64,000 bases of DNA from Theionarchaea archaeon (GTDB lineage: Archaea; Methanobacteriota_B; Thermococci; Methanofastidiosales; SZ-28-30), in assembly GCA_018992685.1 (NCBI GenBank), contig JACVGT010000001.1, forward strand, positions 100,458-164,457, read 5' to 3'. The notes beneath the pieces are model-generated. The model was given only the letters and a program-made list of their open reading frames with translations. It had not been told where the DNA came from and searched no databases. Both the position numbers and the translations under genes were made by a program. This document shows positions 61,485 through 64,000 of this stretch, in pieces; position 1 is the first letter of the stretch; each line of letters starts with the position of its first letter.

Positions 61485-62687
61485 ATGACAACACAACAAT
61501 CAAAGGTTTTTTTTGGGTCTACCCAGGTAGGGAAAATGCATCAATCCTGTTGTCTTGCGACAAAAGTTGACACGATTATCAAGGCTCTGGACTTTTCTAC
61601 GATTGCTAAAAACGACAAAGTTGCCATCAAAATGCATCTGGGGTTCAAGGATGGCTACCAGACTATCCCAGTTTTCTTCGTACGAAGGATTGTGGATGCA
61701 GTGAAGCAGGCGGGAGGGTGGCCTTTCATCACTGACAATCCTACTGCAGTATACAATGCGTATTACCGAGGGTACACACAGGAAACATGTGGATGCCCCC
61801 TGATTCCTGCGGCAGGTGTCAAGGATGGATATGTGTACGAAACCAAGGTAGGCTATGGAAATGTAGAGACTCTCGACATGGGAGGTGTTCTGCACGACGC
61901 TGACGTGTTGATAGACCTCAGCCACGCAAAAGGACACAATTCTTGCGGCTACGGAGGAGCCTTCAAGAACCTTGCGTTGGGTGGATATTCTGCTCCCTCA
62001 CGGTGGAACAAAATCCACGGCATTGAAGAAACATTCCCCTACTGGGATCCTGACAAGTGTACTCCTGATCACGCACGAGAACTTGTTTCCTCATGTCCAT
62101 ATGGCTCCATCAAATATGATGAAAAAACTCACAAGCTTACTGTGGGATTCAGTGATTGCTATCAGTGTATGGAGTGTATTGAAGCTGATAAGAGTGTGGG
62201 CTGCCTGAGAATCAGTCAGGAGAACTTTTCTGCCTTCCAGTCATTGCTGGCACACGGAGCCAAGAAGGTCCTGGAGACCTTTGATGATACCAAGAAATTC
62301 TTCCTGACGTTCTTGATTGAAATAACACCCTTTTGTGATTGCTGGGGATTGGCCCAGCCCTGTGTGGTGAATGACATTGGAGTCTTGGGGAGCAGAAATA
62401 TCGTGGCAATAGAAACTGCAACTCTCGACCTCATCAAGAACGAAGGCATCATCGAGAAGAATATTCCCCTTCTTTTCAAGCATGCAAACCTTGATCCAGG
62501 TATAGACCTTCATCCTTTCCAGCGTCTCTTTGGTCCCATGAAAAACCCATATCTTGTCACGCAATTCGCTGAGAAACTCGGTATGGGTTCCCGGTCCTAT
62601 GAACTTGTGGAGGTCTTGCCTGCGTGCGAAACTGTGAAGATGGAGATACCTGAAGAACAGTTTGAGCGTCAGCCGTCTTTCTATTGA
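61485..62687 (+). CDS. DUF362 Fe-S cluster protein
   Basis: KVAIKMHLG, V..VK.AGG.PFITD, SHAKGH...GYGGA.KNLALG, ferredoxin-like Cys, ITPFCDC. Confidence 0.85.
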   Translation: MTTQQSKVFFGSTQVGKMHQSCCLATKVDTIIKALDFSTIAKNDKVAIKMHLGFKDGYQTIPVFFVRRIVDAVKQAGGWPFITDNPTAVYNAYYRGYTQETCGCPLIPAAGVKDGYVYETKVGYGNVETLDMGGVLHDADVLIDLSHAKGHNSCGYGGAFKNLALGGYSAPSRWNKIHGIEETFPYWDPDKCTPDHARELVSSCPYGSIKYDEKTHKLTVGFSDCYQCMECIEADKSVGCLRISQENFSAFQSLLAHGAKKVLETFDDTKKFFLTFLIEITPFCDCWGLAQPCVVNDIGVLGSRNIVAIETATLDLIKNEGIIEKNIPLLFKHANLDPGIDLHPFQRLFGPMKNPYLVTQFAEKLGMGSRSYELVEVLPACETVKMEIPEEQFERQPSFY

Positions 62688-63239
62688 TCAAGAGGTCTAT
62701 GGAACTGCCTGTCACTAGAAGACGCTGACTCGAACCTCAGGGCGACGAGAGTCGTCCCCGATACTGAGTAGGTGAGGAGTGGACACTGTCTTAATACATC
62801 AGGATTGGAGGGATTCTAGAGAAAATTCATGGCATACGCAGACTCATCTTATCCTTTGGATAAAAGAAGAGGTCATTTCGGATAACTGATGTTATCCGAA
62901 GCAATGAGGTATCATTATTAGCTTATCCAACTCGGTTGAATGGGACAGATTTCCTGGTTAAAGCGCCAGAAAAGCTGCTCTTCAGCCTTTCGTAACGGAT
63001 CTTCGTTCTGGAGGGGAATCCAATTACATTCGCTAATGAATATGATCGATGTTACAAACTGTCTTGTTCTCAGTCTTCTTGTGGTTCAATTCTCATGGTG
63101 TGAGTATCCGCATAGACACTGGTTCTTGTCTACTCACACGATTTAGAGAGGAGCATGACGTCTTAACGGAAGATTCATCTAGGCCTCGAGTAGTGCTGGT
63201 TACAAGAAGCTTTTTTTCATCAAAGAACCTGATCTATTA

Positions 63240-63570
63240 GAACCACATTTCCATTCTTGACATGAAGGTTTTACAACAACAGACATTGTATTCATATTAT
63301 ATCTTATCTAAAATATTTTCTTAAAAATATAACAAAAAGGATTTTGTAAAAAAAGTTTGTTTATTACAACATATTTAATAGAGTTTTATTAATAAAATTC
63401 TTAAGATTAAAGTAATTTAATAACATATAATAAGAAAAATTTAATACAACAAGTATTATATAGTAAGTTTTTTTTTATTTATATGATATAAAATGTATTA
63501 TATTATTTAATGAGTTTTAGACGATCAAAGATATTTGAAATAATATGTATAATACATATAATACTTTGTC
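63240..63570. other. Very AT-rich non-coding tract
   Basis: Almost pure A/T runs, in contrast to the mid-GC remainder; no ORF. Confidence 0.7.
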
Positions 63571-64000
63571 GTAGAATTCTTTCGCGAATCATAGAGATTA
63601 CATAAAATTTCTGCACATCTACACATTGGGATCATCACGCCAGTTACAGAAATCACTTTTCAGTCTCGGAAGCTGGGTTATTCAATAAAAAAATCCATTC
63701 TCGATTACATAGGGGAAGGTGTACCAAGAGATTATGAATTCTGAGATGTCATAAATTTTCTACACAGCATTGCGACACGAGCCCCATCTCGAGTGGATGT
63801 TATGAAGAAGAGGAAAAAGGACTCATTTGGAAAGTCTTCATTCCGAAGTCGCACCCGTTGAGTACGTATCCTTCGATTCCGGGTTTTCTACGAAGGAGAA
63901 CTACAGAATCTTCAAGCTCTCAGAAAAGAGGGAAAAGGTTATGAGTGAGTATGCCTACCTTGGAACAGACGTCACGAGTGAGTGGTGATTGTACATGGAT

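Noticed and set aside
1-64000. tRNA, rRNA, integrase, transposase or reverse transcriptase genes
   Set aside because: None recognised in the window

Overview
Archaeal-type chromosomal window: TATA/BRE-like promoters, GGAGGTGA Shine-Dalgarno (SD) sites and many apparently leaderless genes. A Theionarchaea-like euryarchaeon is my inference from gene content, not a database result. The left half holds transport, resistance-like and regulatory genes: META, PfkB, EamA, an HTH-STAND-TPR regulator, a PEP-utilising phosphotransferase, SDR, MFS, AAC(3), YcaQ, two csp copies, MATE and a large DUF11 surface protein. The centre is a complete class 1 type I CRISPR-Cas locus that fits no single canonical subtype by eye. 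Its effector operon is a CXXC large subunit with a probable internally translated Cas11, a Csc2(I-D)-like Cas7, Cas5, a stand-alone Cas3'' HD nuclease, the Cas3' helicase and Cas6. It is divergent from an I-A-style cas2-csa1-cas1-cas4 module, a leader and a 61-repeat array. One spacer resembles a foreign CRISPR repeat. The array ends directly inside a truncated cas10-like HD gene, followed by a cas4 remnant and an orphan leader copy, which together look like the remains of a second CRISPR locus. The right half has decayed toxin-antitoxin genes, a tandemly duplicated operon, an aldo-keto reductase, DUF2779, an S8+C25 double-protease fusion and DUF362. All family calls come from motif recognition; no searches were run.
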